A stretch of DNA of 64,000 nucleotides from Deinococcota bacterium (GTDB lineage Bacteria; Deinococcota; Deinococci; Deinococcales; Thermaceae): NCBI GenBank assembly GCA_041695225.1, contig JBGFRI010000014.1:64001-128000 (forward strand), given 5' to 3'. The stretch's first letter is position 1; every line of letters starts with the position of its first letter. This document shows, piece by piece, positions 20,142 through 30,252 of this stretch. Made by a program: the position numbers and the translations under genes. The notes under the pieces are model-generated. The model searched no databases and was not told where the DNA came from. It saw only the letters and a list, made by a program, of their open reading frames with translations.

Positions 20142-21797
20142 ATGTCCCAGCCCAGACCCAAGCACGCCTGGATGCGCGAAACCTATCAGAGCTCTCTGGC
20201 CAAGATGCCCGAGCGCAAGGTTGCTCACAAGACCCTGTCGAACATCGCCCCCGAGCCGGTTTACACCGCAGAAGACCTTAAGGACTTTAACCCCGAGGAA
20301 AAACTGGGCTATCCGGGAGAGTATCCTTATACCCGCGGGGTGTATGGCTCTATGTACCGCAGCCGCCTTTGGACCATGCGGATGTTTGCTGGCTTCGGTA
20401 CTGCTGAGCAGACTAACCAGCGCTTCAAAAAGCTGCTGGAAGCCGGGCAAAACGGCCTCTCCACGGCTTTCGATCTGCCCACTTTGATGGGCTACGACTC
20501 CGACCACCCGCTCTCCAGGGGCGAGGTGGGCAAGTGCGGGGTAGCGGTAAGCAGCCTGGCCGATATGGAGATACTGTTCGAGGGGATCAACCTCGAGGAC
20601 GTAACCACCTCCATGACCATAAACTCGCCCGCCAACGCCATCTGGGCCATGTACCTGGCGGCGGCCAGGAAGAAAGGCTACGACTGGAACAAGCTGGGCG
20701 GCACCATCCAGAACGATATTCTGAAGGAATTCATCGCCCAGAAAGAGTTCATCTTCCCGCCCGAGCCCTCTACCCAGCTGGTCATTGACACCTTTGAGTG
20801 GGGGCCGCGCAACGTGCCCAGGTGGAACTTCATCTCGGTCTCGGGCTATCACATCCGCGAGGCTGGCTCTACCGCCGTGCAGGAGCTGGCTTTTACCCTG
20901 GCCGATGGTTTTGAGTATGTTGAATGGGCCTTGAAGCGTGGGCTGGACATTGACGAGTTTGCCCCCCGCATCTCTTTCTTCTTCAACGCCCACAACGACT
21001 TCTTCGAAGAAATCTGCAAATTCCGCGCAGCCCGGCGCATCTGGGCCAGAGAGATGCGCCACCACTACGGGGCTAAAAAAGAACTGAGCTGGATGCTGCG
21101 CACCCATGCCCAGACCGCTGGAGTCGCGCTTACCGCACAACAGCCCCTGATCAACATTTCGCGGGTGGCAGTCCAGGCCCTGGCTGCTGTGCTGGGTGGC
21201 ACCAACAGCCTGCACACCGACGCCCACGACGAGGCCCTGGCCCTGCCCACCGAGGAGAGCGCCAAAATTGCCCTGCGCACTCAGCAGATCATCGCCTACG
21301 AGACCGGCGTAACCCACACTGCCGACCCACTGGCGGGCAGCTACTATGTGGAGTGGCTGACCGACCAGATGGAGGCCCAGGCCATGCATATTATCGCCGA
21401 GATCCGCCGGATGGGCGGGGTAGTGCGGGCGATTGACGAGGGTTACTTCTTGCGCGAGATTGCCGACGCAAGTTACCGCTTCCAACAAGAAGTAGAGCGG
21501 GGTGAGCGCATTATTGTGGGGGTGAACGCCTTCCAGGACGAGGGCTTGAGCGTGCCCATCCAGCTTATTGACCCGGCGGTGGAGCGGGTACAGAACCAGC
21601 GCCTGGCCCAGGTACGGGCAGAGCGAGACCCCATAGCAGTGCAGATGGCTCTGGAGGGCCTGCGGCAAGCTGCCAAGGAAGGTCGTAACACCATGCCTCA
21701 CTTTGTGGAGTGTGCCCTAGCCTACGCCACCCTGGGCGAGATGATGGACGAGCTCAGGGCGGTCTACGGGGTGTATGAGGAGCCGGTGCTGGTCTAG
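20142..21797 (+). CDS. B12-dependent acyl-CoA mutase large subunit (methylmalonyl-CoA mutase family; isobutyryl-CoA mutase-like residues)
   Basis: [52 protein letters not shown]; no B12-binding domain. Confidence 0.93.
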   Translation: MSQPRPKHAWMRETYQSSLAKMPERKVAHKTLSNIAPEPVYTAEDLKDFNPEEKLGYPGEYPYTRGVYGSMYRSRLWTMRMFAGFGTAEQTNQRFKKLLEAGQNGLSTAFDLPTLMGYDSDHPLSRGEVGKCGVAVSSLADMEILFEGINLEDVTTSMTINSPANAIWAMYLAAARKKGYDWNKLGGTIQNDILKEFIAQKEFIFPPEPSTQLVIDTFEWGPRNVPRWNFISVSGYHIREAGSTAVQELAFTLADGFEYVEWALKRGLDIDEFAPRISFFFNAHNDFFEEICKFRAARRIWAREMRHHYGAKKELSWMLRTHAQTAGVALTAQQPLINISRVAVQALAAVLGGTNSLHTDAHDEALALPTEESAKIALRTQQIIAYETGVTHTADPLAGSYYVEWLTDQMEAQAMHIIAEIRRMGGVVRAIDEGYFLREIADASYRFQQEVERGERIIVGVNAFQDEGLSVPIQLIDPAVERVQNQRLAQVRAERDPIAVQMALEGLRQAAKEGRNTMPHFVECALAYATLGEMMDELRAVYGVYEEPVLV

Positions 21798-22050
21798 TAC
21801 CAGCGTCAGATCGCGGTCCGATAACCGGCTAAAAAGACTCAACACCAGTCGGCCACTGCCGCTTTTCGTCGCTACACATGGGCCACGCGCCGGCGAAGAA
21901 GTCCAGCGGGATCTGCAAGCAAAACAATAGCTAAATGATCGCAAAGACGGCGACTGTGTACCGCAGAGCGCCAGTGCTGAATCTTCCTTGGTAAATTTCT
22001 CTTTGTGGTAAAAGCCGCCCACTCTAACGCTGATCAACCGGCTAGCTCTC

Positions 22051-22587
22051 CTAGGAAGTTTGCAGAATGGGAATTTCCGACAGGAAGGTAATGGGCAGTT
22101 TGCTATTGCCCTGGTGAAAGGCAGCCAGACGGGCTATTACGTTGGCGCCGGCCTTTTTGGCGACTTTTTCCAGTGCCATCATGGTGCCGCCCGACGAGAC
22201 CACATCAAAGACCAGGGCTACGTTCTGGCCCAGCAGTTTCTCGGCCATGCGACTATCCAGCCAGAGGGTCTCGGTTACGCCCAGGGTGAGCGACTCTACC
22301 TCCTGGATGATGGGATCGGTCATGTAGGGGCGTCGTTTGCGGCGCACCACAATGTAGGGTTTGCCAACAATGGCGCTCATGGCATGGGCCAGCACGATGG
22401 GGGAGGTCTCGAGGGTGAGAAGGGCGTCGGTACTGGCAGGCAAATGCTTGACCAGCGCTTCGGCAGCAGCCTGCACCAGCTCCACGTCACCCATCAGCTC
22501 AACCAGAGGGATGTGAACACCAGGCAAGGTTTCGACCACAGGCACGTGACGGGTTATTTTGCCGATTGTGATGGGGTAGGTCTCCAT
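22051..22587 (-). CDS. Adenine phosphoribosyltransferase homologue (APRTh-type, probably non-catalytic)
   Basis: PRT fold with altered PRPP motif LVFDVVSSGGT; resembles Thermus APRTh as recalled (METYPIT..., RRKRRPYM). Confidence 0.85.
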   Translation of the reverse strand: METYPITIGKITRHVPVVETLPGVHIPLVELMGDVELVQAAAEALVKHLPASTDALLTLETSPIVLAHAMSAIVGKPYIVVRRKRRPYMTDPIIQEVESLTLGVTETLWLDSRMAEKLLGQNVALVFDVVSSGGTMMALEKVAKKAGANVIARLAAFHQGNSKLPITFLSEIPILQTS

Positions 22588-22677
22588 AGGTTTGCGCTCC
22601 CTTATTGCACCAAGAACACAGTTTATTCGATTAGCGTGAGTCTAAGTGTGAATACCTGTATATCTGAGGTCAACTGC

Positions 22678-23220
22678 TCAGTCTGGTTTGAACAAGGGTA
22701 GATGCCCCAGCGCGATTACATCGTCACGGGGAGAACCCTCGGTGAAGACCGCCATAACCACGCCAACCACACCACCCACATCGGTGATAAGGTCGGAAAG
22801 ACCCTTCAGCGTACTACCGGTGGAAACCACATCGTCTACAATGGCCACCCGTTTGCCTTTGATCAGGGGGATGTCTGTACCATCCAGCACCAGGAGTTGG
22901 GGCTTGCCTGTGGTTATTGAAATCACCGTGCGCGAAACTGGGTTAATCATATACGGCTTTTCCGTCTTGCGGGCAACCACATAGGGCTTTCCGGTCAGGC
23001 GTGAGAGTGCATGGGCCAGCGGCACCGCCTTGACCTCAGGCGTAACCAGCACATCAATATCGGCCGGCATCTTTTTGATCAGAGCCTTGGCGGCCTCTTC
23101 TACCACCTCGGTATCGCCCAGCATATTGAACAGGGCTACTGCGACACCAGGTCCCACCTGAACCACCGGCAGCTCACGATGAACACCGGCAATATTTATA
23201 GGATACGTTTTCACGCCCAT
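22678..23220 (-). CDS. apt: Adenine phosphoribosyltransferase
   Basis: Intact PRPP motif [13 protein letters not shown]. Confidence 0.85.
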   Translation of the reverse strand: MGVKTYPINIAGVHRELPVVQVGPGVAVALFNMLGDTEVVEEAAKALIKKMPADIDVLVTPEVKAVPLAHALSRLTGKPYVVARKTEKPYMINPVSRTVISITTGKPQLLVLDGTDIPLIKGKRVAIVDDVVSTGSTLKGLSDLITDVGGVVGVVMAVFTEGSPRDDVIALGHLPLFKPD

Positions 23221-23335
23221 AGTCTATAGGGTTCCCAGAACCACCGACAGGGTTAATGCTCGCCAAGTTTGGTGGGATAGGTACGACCAGGCAGTTCTTA
23301 AGACCAGCCTCAGGTCAGACCCGTATACTTTAGTT

Positions 23336-23767
23336 ATGGTGGTAGCACAGATCGAAGGTATGGGCGTAGACCCTGGAAACGGAAACTTGATTGTAATGCT
23401 CAAGTCCGCCAACAACCTGTTCCTGCCGGTGGTAATTGGGGCCCTGGAGACGCAAAATATCATGATTCATCTCTCCGGCGAGAAACCTGCCAGACCACTG
23501 GGGCCAGACCTGTTTTACAACACCCTGGACTTGCTAGGGGTTAAGGTGCTGCGGCTCGAGATTGTCGAACTGAAGGAAGGCACTTTTTATGGGCGGCTGG
23601 TCTTGGAGCAGCGTGGTCTGGAGTATGACATAGACTGCCGTCCTTCGGATGGTATGGCCCTGGCGATCCGGGCCGGTGCGCCCATTCTGATAGCCGAGCA
23701 GGTACTCACGGCTGCCGGCATCAACGAGTCGCAAATCAATCGGCAGAGCGAGAACCCACAGGCATAA
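23336..23767 (+). CDS. Bifunctional nuclease family protein (DUF151)
   Basis: LPVVIGALE, RPLGPDL, DCRPSDGMALA. Confidence 0.92.
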   Translation: MVVAQIEGMGVDPGNGNLIVMLKSANNLFLPVVIGALETQNIMIHLSGEKPARPLGPDLFYNTLDLLGVKVLRLEIVELKEGTFYGRLVLEQRGLEYDIDCRPSDGMALAIRAGAPILIAEQVLTAAGINESQINRQSENPQA

Positions 23768-24075
23768 TGGCCCAGAGCAACAACAGCCAGCGATTTTTTT
23801 CCTAAGCTCCTCTGATTTCTGATCTTTTGCGCCTTTCTCAGGGCTTTTGTAGCTACCGGCTCGAGGCCAAAATTATCTTCACATCGTTACCGGCCAGGGC
23901 AGAGCCCCGCTAAGCCACTGTCGTAGCTTGTTGCCCCAGAGCAAGCCCTGGTCGGCCCCAGCTACCTCGTCCTGGCAGCCAAGGCTTAGCGGCTGCTGCC
24001 AGTAGCGCGCAACCAGACCGGCCGCCTTATAGAGCGGTTAAAGCTCCAAAAGTAGCCTGGCCAGTATTGTGCCGC

Positions 24076-24402
24076 TTAGGCGTCTGAGCGCAAGTGGAGG
24101 TGCACGTGAAAAACCTCCTGCCCGCCTTTCTCTCCCACGTGAATACGGATAAAGTAGCCCTCCAGACCCATCTCTATGGCAATTTTGTTGGCTGTGAGCA
24201 TCAGCTTGCCCAGTTTGAGCGCCCCTTCTTCGGTCTGGGGATAGTCGGCCAAGGTGGGGATATATTCTTTTGGGCAGACCAGAATGTGCACCTTAGACCG
24301 CGGGTTAATATCCTTGAAAGCGATGAACTCATCATCCTCGTAAACAATACTGGCCGGCAGCTCGCGGCGGATGATCTTGCCAAAAACAGTGGGGTTCTCC
24401 AT
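24076..24402 (-). CDS. Histidine triad (HIT) nucleotide-binding protein
   Basis: FGKIIRRELP, AFKDINP, GQEVFHVHLH. Confidence 0.93.
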   Translation of the reverse strand: MENPTVFGKIIRRELPASIVYEDDEFIAFKDINPRSKVHILVCPKEYIPTLADYPQTEEGALKLGKLMLTANKIAIEMGLEGYFIRIHVGEKGGQEVFHVHLHLRSDA

Positions 24403-24684
24403 GAGGCATAATCTACCCCATAGATTAATCATCCGCACCCCCGGCCACGCCATTATCCAGTCTATGAGCCCGGGTGAATTAGTACCTCAGGAACGAGCAA
24501 GCTCTAAAGACTTAGCGCAACCCTCAAATAGCGGTTGGGACGGCGTAGCATTTGAAGAATCTTTCTCCTTGTCGTGGTCCTCCCACTTGACCGCCACTTT
24601 CCCAGAGAATCCGCGGGTCCTCAAGCACCGCCAACCGCCGACGAAGTTACAGTAAGCCACAGCCGGGTTGTTTATGCTGGTACC

Positions 24685-25038
24685 ATGCCACGGCTAAGTT
24701 TGAAGATCGGGATGGCCATGATCGTGCTGGGCCTATTGACTTATGCGCTCTCTGGCGGTGCCCACCTTACCGCGCTCATACCCAGCTTTTTTGGTATCTT
24801 GATTGCGGCTTTGGGCTGGATAGCGCTCAAAAACCCAGCCGCCAGCCGCCATGCCATGCACGGAGCCATGTTGCTGTCGTTGCTGGCGGTGCTGGGTAGC
24901 GCTCGAGTTTTCGGGGCGCTGGGGGAGGGCCTCAACCTTGCGGTAATTTCGCAGCTGGTGATGCTGGGACTGGGGCTAGCAGTCCTGATTCCCGGCATTC
25001 AGTCGTTTATCCGAGCCCGCCAGAAAGGAAGTGCCTGA
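24685..25038 (+). CDS. Small 4-TM membrane protein (paralog 1)
   Basis: Four hydrophobic segments, TALIP motif; ATG 6 nt after TATGCT. Confidence 0.8.
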   Translation: MPRLSLKIGMAMIVLGLLTYALSGGAHLTALIPSFFGILIAALGWIALKNPAASRHAMHGAMLLSLLAVLGSARVFGALGEGLNLAVISQLVMLGLGLAVLIPGIQSFIRARQKGSA

Positions 25039-25412
25039 TGGTAAGCAGCTTACCCGCCAGAGCCCTGTGGACTGGGGCGTTTTTGATCTTGATCTCTACA
25101 CTGGCAATTATGGTGGCTGGTTTTACCATAACCGCCTTAATTCCCGGAGCGCTGGGCCTGGTAATTGCCCTGATGGGAATCTGGGCCGATAAGACCCCGG
25201 CCCAAAGACCCTTGGCCATGAAGATCGCTCTGGGTCTGGCGGTGCTGGGCATGCTGGGTTCGGTTGGCAGCGTACCCGATTTCATCACCCTGGTGGGCGG
25301 CGGCAACGTAGAACGCCCTGTGGCCACCATGGCCCAGTTTGCCACCCTATTCATCTGCCTGGGATTTGTCATCCGCTGGTTTGTGGAAAGCCGCCGCAAG
25401 GCGCAGCCCTAG
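25038..25412 (+). CDS. Small 4-TM membrane protein (paralog 2)
   Basis: Same TALIP...AM...LAVLG.LGS...SQ/AQ pattern; TGATG overlap with paralog 1. Confidence 0.8.
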   Translation: MVSSLPARALWTGAFLILISTLAIMVAGFTITALIPGALGLVIALMGIWADKTPAQRPLAMKIALGLAVLGMLGSVGSVPDFITLVGGGNVERPVATMAQFATLFICLGFVIRWFVESRRKAQP

Positions 25413-25661
25413 TGTCAGAGGGCCGTGTTCGGGCCAGCAATGCGAAGAGTCATACCAGGCTCGGGCGGGCGCCGTTTTCTCTGCACACCGGCCCTCTCCC
25501 GCTGGGAGGGGTCTGGAATAGTCTGGTGACGGTACAGTTTGGCGCGGTTAACTTGCAGGGCGTGCGGTTCGCGCACGACCCTATCCTCCAAAGGTGCGCC
25601 AACCGCCTCCCTGATGGAGTTTTCGGCCACGCATAACCCCGGGATATTTCCATAAGCCGGT

Positions 25662-26981
25662 CTAAAGCACCGCCAAAAGGCGGGCGGGCTCTGCCTTGAT
25701 GGATTCAAGCTGGCCTTGCAGGGTATAGCGGTCTATACCGTGTACCCTTACCCAGACCGTCTGCCCGATGTGGGCTTGTCCAGTGAACTCGGCCTCGTAG
25801 TAGTCGGGGGTGTGGCCGTAGAGTTTACCCTGGCGGATGCTCTCCACCAGCACCTCGACTTGTTCACCTAGCTTCGAGAGCGCCCGCTCCCCAGCCAGGC
25901 GGGTTGCAAGTGCTTGCACCTCCCTGTTGCGGCGCTTACGCACCTCGATGGGCACCTGCGGCATAGAAGCGGCGCGGGTCTTGGGACGCGGGGTGTAGGT
26001 AAAGGCGTGGACGCGGCTGGGGCGCATCTCCTCGAGGAAGGCCAGGGTTTCTTGGTGCTCCTCCTCAGTCTCGGTGGGCAGGCCCGCGATCACGTCGGTG
26101 GTGAGGGCGAACCCGGGCACCAGCGCGTAGGCTTGCTGTACTAGATGGCGGTAATAATCCTGGTTATAGCGGCGGCCCATCAGGGCCAGCAGACGGTTAG
26201 AGCCAGTCTGCAAACTGAGGTGCAGGTGGGGGCGCACCTGGGGGGCCCAGCGCCGCATCACTTCAAGTAAATGGTGGTTGGCGTCTTCGGGTTCCAGGGA
26301 CGACAGGCGCACCCTGGCGCCCATCAGGGCCAGTTCCTCGACCAGCCCGGCAATACCACGTGGGTGTCCTTTGTAGGAACCCAGTCGCACACCGGTCAAT
26401 ACGATCTCCTGCACACCCGCTTCCAGCAAGCCCTCTGCCTCCCGAAGGGCATCGCGCTGCTGGCGGTGGCGCTCGCGCCCGCGCAGGCGGGGGATGATGC
26501 AGTAGGCGCAGCCCGCGTTGCAGCCGTCCTGCACCTTTACAAAGGCCCGGATGTAGTTGTTGAGCAGGCCCCGCTCGCCCGCGCCCCAGAACTCGCCCGG
26601 CGGGGTAGTGAGGGGGTCGGCAGGCAGGCCAAAGCGCTCCAAAATCACGCCAGGGAGCTCGGCCTTGCGGTTGTTGGGTATGACTGCATCGGCCCCCAGC
26701 TCGGCCAGCTGGTCGGGGGCCAGTTCGGCATAGCAGCCCGTTACCACGATGAAGGCCGCAGGACTGGCCCGGCGGGCCCGGCGCACTTCCTTGCGGGCGT
26801 CGGACTCGGCCGAGGTGGTGACGGCGCAGGTATTGATCACTACAAGGTCGGCCCCGTCCTCCAGGGCCACCACCCGGGGCCCCAGTGGCTTCAAAAGCCC
26901 CACCAGAGCGTCCGACTCAACCTGGTTCACCTTGCACCCCAGGGTTTTGACCGCCAACCGTACCCCTTCCACCAGGGGCAT
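25662..26981 (-). CDS. mtaB: tRNA t6A37 methylthiotransferase MtaB (MiaB/RimO family)
   Basis: TLGCKVNQ, INTCAVT, VTGCYA, KVQDGCNAGCAYC radical SAM motif, TRAM-like C-terminus. Confidence 0.9.
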   Translation of the reverse strand: MPLVEGVRLAVKTLGCKVNQVESDALVGLLKPLGPRVVALEDGADLVVINTCAVTTSAESDARKEVRRARRASPAAFIVVTGCYAELAPDQLAELGADAVIPNNRKAELPGVILERFGLPADPLTTPPGEFWGAGERGLLNNYIRAFVKVQDGCNAGCAYCIIPRLRGRERHRQQRDALREAEGLLEAGVQEIVLTGVRLGSYKGHPRGIAGLVEELALMGARVRLSSLEPEDANHHLLEVMRRWAPQVRPHLHLSLQTGSNRLLALMGRRYNQDYYRHLVQQAYALVPGFALTTDVIAGLPTETEEEHQETLAFLEEMRPSRVHAFTYTPRPKTRAASMPQVPIEVRKRRNREVQALATRLAGERALSKLGEQVEVLVESIRQGKLYGHTPDYYEAEFTGQAHIGQTVWVRVHGIDRYTLQGQLESIKAEPARLLAVL

Positions 26982-27030
26982 TGTGGGCCAAGGCCCGGCT
27001 ATGGTCAAGTGTCGGTCAGGTTCACCAAAG

Positions 27031-27192
27031 ATGTCGCAGGTCCAAGGTCGAAGGTCAAATAAAGGCTGAAGGCTGAAGGCCTAAGGCTTTTAGCTTTTAG
27101 CTTCCGGCTTTAGGCTATCGGCTATCGGCTATTGACTATCGACTCATTGAATGACGCAGGTCGCAAGCCAAAAAGACCTGAGACTTGAGACG
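27031..27192. repeat. Composite heptamer repeat cluster
   Basis: AGGTCGA, AGGCTGA, GCTTTTA, GGCTATC and GACCTGA units in inverted arrangement. Confidence 0.85.
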
Positions 27193-27363
27193 CTTCATAA
27201 AAAGGCCCTACCCAGAAACTCCTTTCTGTTTCGTCGCTATGGGCGCGGGCGGCTCTTAGAAAACTCATGCAGCCCGCTCTAGCGCTTAGCTAGGCTATCT
27301 GGTGGCAGGTTGCTGCCGGAAAATGGCGCTCGGAACTAAGTGCTGGCTGATAGGATGGGGCTG

Positions 27364-28278
27364 ATGATTTGTTTAGAAGACGTTCAGGCCGCTGCCCTGC
27401 GCATTGCCCCTTACATCCACCGGACTCCGGTTTTTACCAGCCAGGGGCTGGACAGACTTTTGGGCCGCCAGCTTTTCTTCAAGGCCGAGCACCTGCAAAA
27501 AACCGGCAGTTTCAAGGCCAGGGGTGCGCTGAACGCTGCGCTACAGATGCAAAACCCCAGGGGCATTATTGCGGTCTCGTCGGGCAACCATGCTCAGGGG
27601 GCGGCCTATGCCGCCCAGGTAATAGGGGTTCGGGCCCTGGTGGTGATGGCCGAGGATGCCTCCCCTACCAAAAAAGCGGCTACCCGGGCCTACGGGGCCG
27701 AGGTCTACGACCAGGGGGTAACGGTAGAAAACCGCGAGGAAGTGGTGCGAAAACTGGCCCAGGAGACCGGCTACGAACTTATCCATCCCTTCGACGACTT
27801 TCGGGTGATGGCCGGGCAGGGCACCCAGGCCCTGGAATTGTTGGAGCAGGTGTCTGATCTGGATGCGGTGCTGGTCGCGGTGGGTGGTGGGGGGCTCATT
27901 GCGGGCATCGCCACGGTTATTAAGTCTCTGAGGCCAGAGTGTGAGGTGATTGGGGTGGAGCCCGAGACTGCCAACGATGCCCAACAGAGCCTACAGGCGG
28001 GGGTGCGTATCAAGCTGTTGCAGGCCCCCAAGACTGTGGCCGATGGGGTGCGCACGCTGGTGGTTGGCGAGAAGACCTTCCCGGTGATGCAGCACCACGT
28101 AGACCGCATTGTAACGGTGCCGGACGAGATCACCCTGCAAGCCCAGCGCCTGATGATGGAACGGCTTAAACAGGTGGTGGAGCCAACCGCCGGGCTGGCC
28201 CTGGCGCCGGTGCTGATGAATTACCACCTTCCGAGGCGGCTAGCGGTAATTGTATGTGGCGGAAACTGGCTACCCTGA
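27364..28278 (+). CDS. PLP-dependent threonine/serine dehydratase (serine racemase-like)
   Basis: KAEHLQKTGSFKARGA, SSGNHAQ, VGGGGL, EPTAG, CGGN. Confidence 0.92.
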   Translation: MICLEDVQAAALRIAPYIHRTPVFTSQGLDRLLGRQLFFKAEHLQKTGSFKARGALNAALQMQNPRGIIAVSSGNHAQGAAYAAQVIGVRALVVMAEDASPTKKAATRAYGAEVYDQGVTVENREEVVRKLAQETGYELIHPFDDFRVMAGQGTQALELLEQVSDLDAVLVAVGGGGLIAGIATVIKSLRPECEVIGVEPETANDAQQSLQAGVRIKLLQAPKTVADGVRTLVVGEKTFPVMQHHVDRIVTVPDEITLQAQRLMMERLKQVVEPTAGLALAPVLMNYHLPRRLAVIVCGGNWLP

Positions 28279-28303
28279 AGCTTTGCGCCCGGTAATGATC
28301 TTT

Positions 28304-28356
28304 GGCTATCGTCTATTGACCATAGACTATCGACTCTCGGCTATAGGCTATCAGCT
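28304..28356. repeat. Heptamer repeat cluster
   Basis: GGCTATC/GTCTATT/GACCATA/GACTATC/GGCTATA units. Confidence 0.75.
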
Positions 28357-28402
28357 TTTTCCATAGACTTATGTCGCAGCTATGGAGAGGTATTCTAAAG
28401 GT

Positions 28403-30070
28403 ATGGATATAACCAAACTGCCCATGCTGAGCGATCTCGAGATTGCCCAAAAAGCCCGACCCAAACCCATCGAAGAAGTGGCTGCCAGCCTGGATATTCC
28501 GCGCCAGGCGCTTTTCCAATATGGCCCCTATATGGCTAAGGTAACCGGGGTTCCGCCCCAACCCCGAGGAAAACTGATTCTGGTAACGGCCATGACCCCC
28601 ACCCCGGCCGGAGAGGGCAAGACCACGGTAGCCATTGGGCTGACCCAGGCCCTGGGCAGGCTGGGGAAAAAGTCTGCAGTAGCCATTCGGGAGCCTTCGC
28701 TGGGGCCGGTCTTTGGTGTCAAGGGTGGGGCCGCTGGGGGGGGATATGCCCAGGTGCTGCCCATGGAGGAGATCAACCTGCACTTTACGGGCGACTTCCA
28801 CGCCGTCACCAGCGCGGTAAACCTGCTTTCGGCCATGATAGACAACCACCTGCACCAGGGCAATGCGCTGGGGCTGGATGCCCGCCGCATTGAGGTCAAG
28901 CGAGTTTTAGATATTAACGACCGGGCCTTGCGGCAGGTGATTGTGGGGCTGGGCGGCCCTAGCCAGGGCGTGCCCCGCGAGACCGGCTTCGAGATCACCG
29001 TAGCCAGCGAGGTGATGGCCATCATGAGCCTGGCCTCGGATCTGGCTGACCTGCAAGAACGGCTGGGAAAGATTCGCATCGGCTATACCCAGTCTGGCCA
29101 CCAGGTTTTCACCCGCGATTTAGGCGCAGCCGGGGCCATGACCGCGCTACTCAGGCAGGCCTTCTATCCCAACCTGGTACAGACCCTCGAGCACCAGCCG
29201 GCTTTTGTGCACATGGGGCCGTTTGGCAACATCGCCCACGGCACCAACTCGGTGGTGGCTACCCGCATGGCCCTGGGCTACGCCGATTACGTGGTGACCG
29301 AAGCTGGGTTTGGCTCCGACCTGGGAGCCGAAAAATACGTCAACGTGGTCTCGCGCAAAGTGGGGTTTGCGCCACAGGCGGTGGTGCTGGTGGCCACCAT
29401 GCGGGCCCTGCGCTTTCATGGGGGACAGGACGACTACACCCAGCCCAACCTCGAGGCCGTGCAAAGGGGGCTGCCCAACCTGGCCAAGCACATCCAGAAT
29501 GTACGGCTGTATGGCTTTGAGCCGGTGCTGGCTTTAAACCGGTTCCCAACCGACTCCTCTCAGGAAATTGGTCTTTTGCGGGCGTTTGCTGCCGAGCAGG
29601 GCGTGCGGGTCTCTTTTGCCGAGCTTCACGCCAAAGGGGGGGCGGGAGGGGTGGAGCTAGCCCAGATGGTCCTGGATGCGCTGCAAAACCCAGGCCGTCC
29701 GACGTTTGTTTACCAGCTCGAGCAGTCACTTGAAAGCAAAATAGCCGCCATTGCCCAGCATGTTTACGGAGCAGCCAGTGTAGCATATACCCCCGAGGCC
29801 CGCAAAACCCTAAAGCGGCTGGAGAAAGAAGGCTGGGGCGGACTACCGGTCATTATCGCCAAAACCGCCAACTCCCTTTCCGACAACGCCAAGCTGAGGG
29901 GCCGCCCCCAGAATTTTACCGTGACGGTAACCGATCTGCGGCCCAAGTGCGGCGCAGGTTTTGTGGTGGCCTATATGGGCGAGATCATGACCATGCCAGG
30001 GCTACCCAAAGAACCCGCAGCGCTCAAGATCGGGCTGGACGAAGAGGGGCAGATCACGGGTTTGTTTTAG
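28403..30070 (+). CDS. fhs: Formate--tetrahydrofolate ligase
   Basis: TPAGEGKTT, KGGAAGGGYAQV, NLHFTGD, GPFGNIAHG, MTMPGLP. Confidence 0.97.
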   Translation: MDITKLPMLSDLEIAQKARPKPIEEVAASLDIPRQALFQYGPYMAKVTGVPPQPRGKLILVTAMTPTPAGEGKTTVAIGLTQALGRLGKKSAVAIREPSLGPVFGVKGGAAGGGYAQVLPMEEINLHFTGDFHAVTSAVNLLSAMIDNHLHQGNALGLDARRIEVKRVLDINDRALRQVIVGLGGPSQGVPRETGFEITVASEVMAIMSLASDLADLQERLGKIRIGYTQSGHQVFTRDLGAAGAMTALLRQAFYPNLVQTLEHQPAFVHMGPFGNIAHGTNSVVATRMALGYADYVVTEAGFGSDLGAEKYVNVVSRKVGFAPQAVVLVATMRALRFHGGQDDYTQPNLEAVQRGLPNLAKHIQNVRLYGFEPVLALNRFPTDSSQEIGLLRAFAAEQGVRVSFAELHAKGGAGGVELAQMVLDALQNPGRPTFVYQLEQSLESKIAAIAQHVYGAASVAYTPEARKTLKRLEKEGWGGLPVIIAKTANSLSDNAKLRGRPQNFTVTVTDLRPKCGAGFVVAYMGEIMTMPGLPKEPAALKIGLDEEGQITGLF

Positions 30071-30164
30071 CGCGTTGCTTGCTCAAAATTCCTCCGCGCC
30101 ACCTGACTGGCCTGGGCCATCTTATCGATCATTTGCCTTCACACCCAGCAGATCCAGGACGTCA

Positions 30165-30228
30165 ATTGACTTGCGACTTGAGACTTGCGACCTGAGACAT
30201 CTCTGTCGCAGGTCTCAGGTCACAGGTC
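30165..30228. repeat. Heptamer inverted repeat cluster between convergent genes
   Basis: (GACTTGC/GACTTGA/GACCTGA)n - spacer - (GTCGCAG/GTCTCAG/GTCACAG)n. Confidence 0.85.
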
Positions 30229-30252
30229 TGCTGAGCATGTCCTTTGGCCTGC

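Noticed and set aside
20127..21701. 524-aa minus-strand ORF
   Set aside because: Antisense shadow of the mutase gene, expected from high-GC codon bias; no recognisable motifs
25415..25708. Short ORFs downstream of mtaB
   Set aside because: No motifs or start signals; competing frames equally weak
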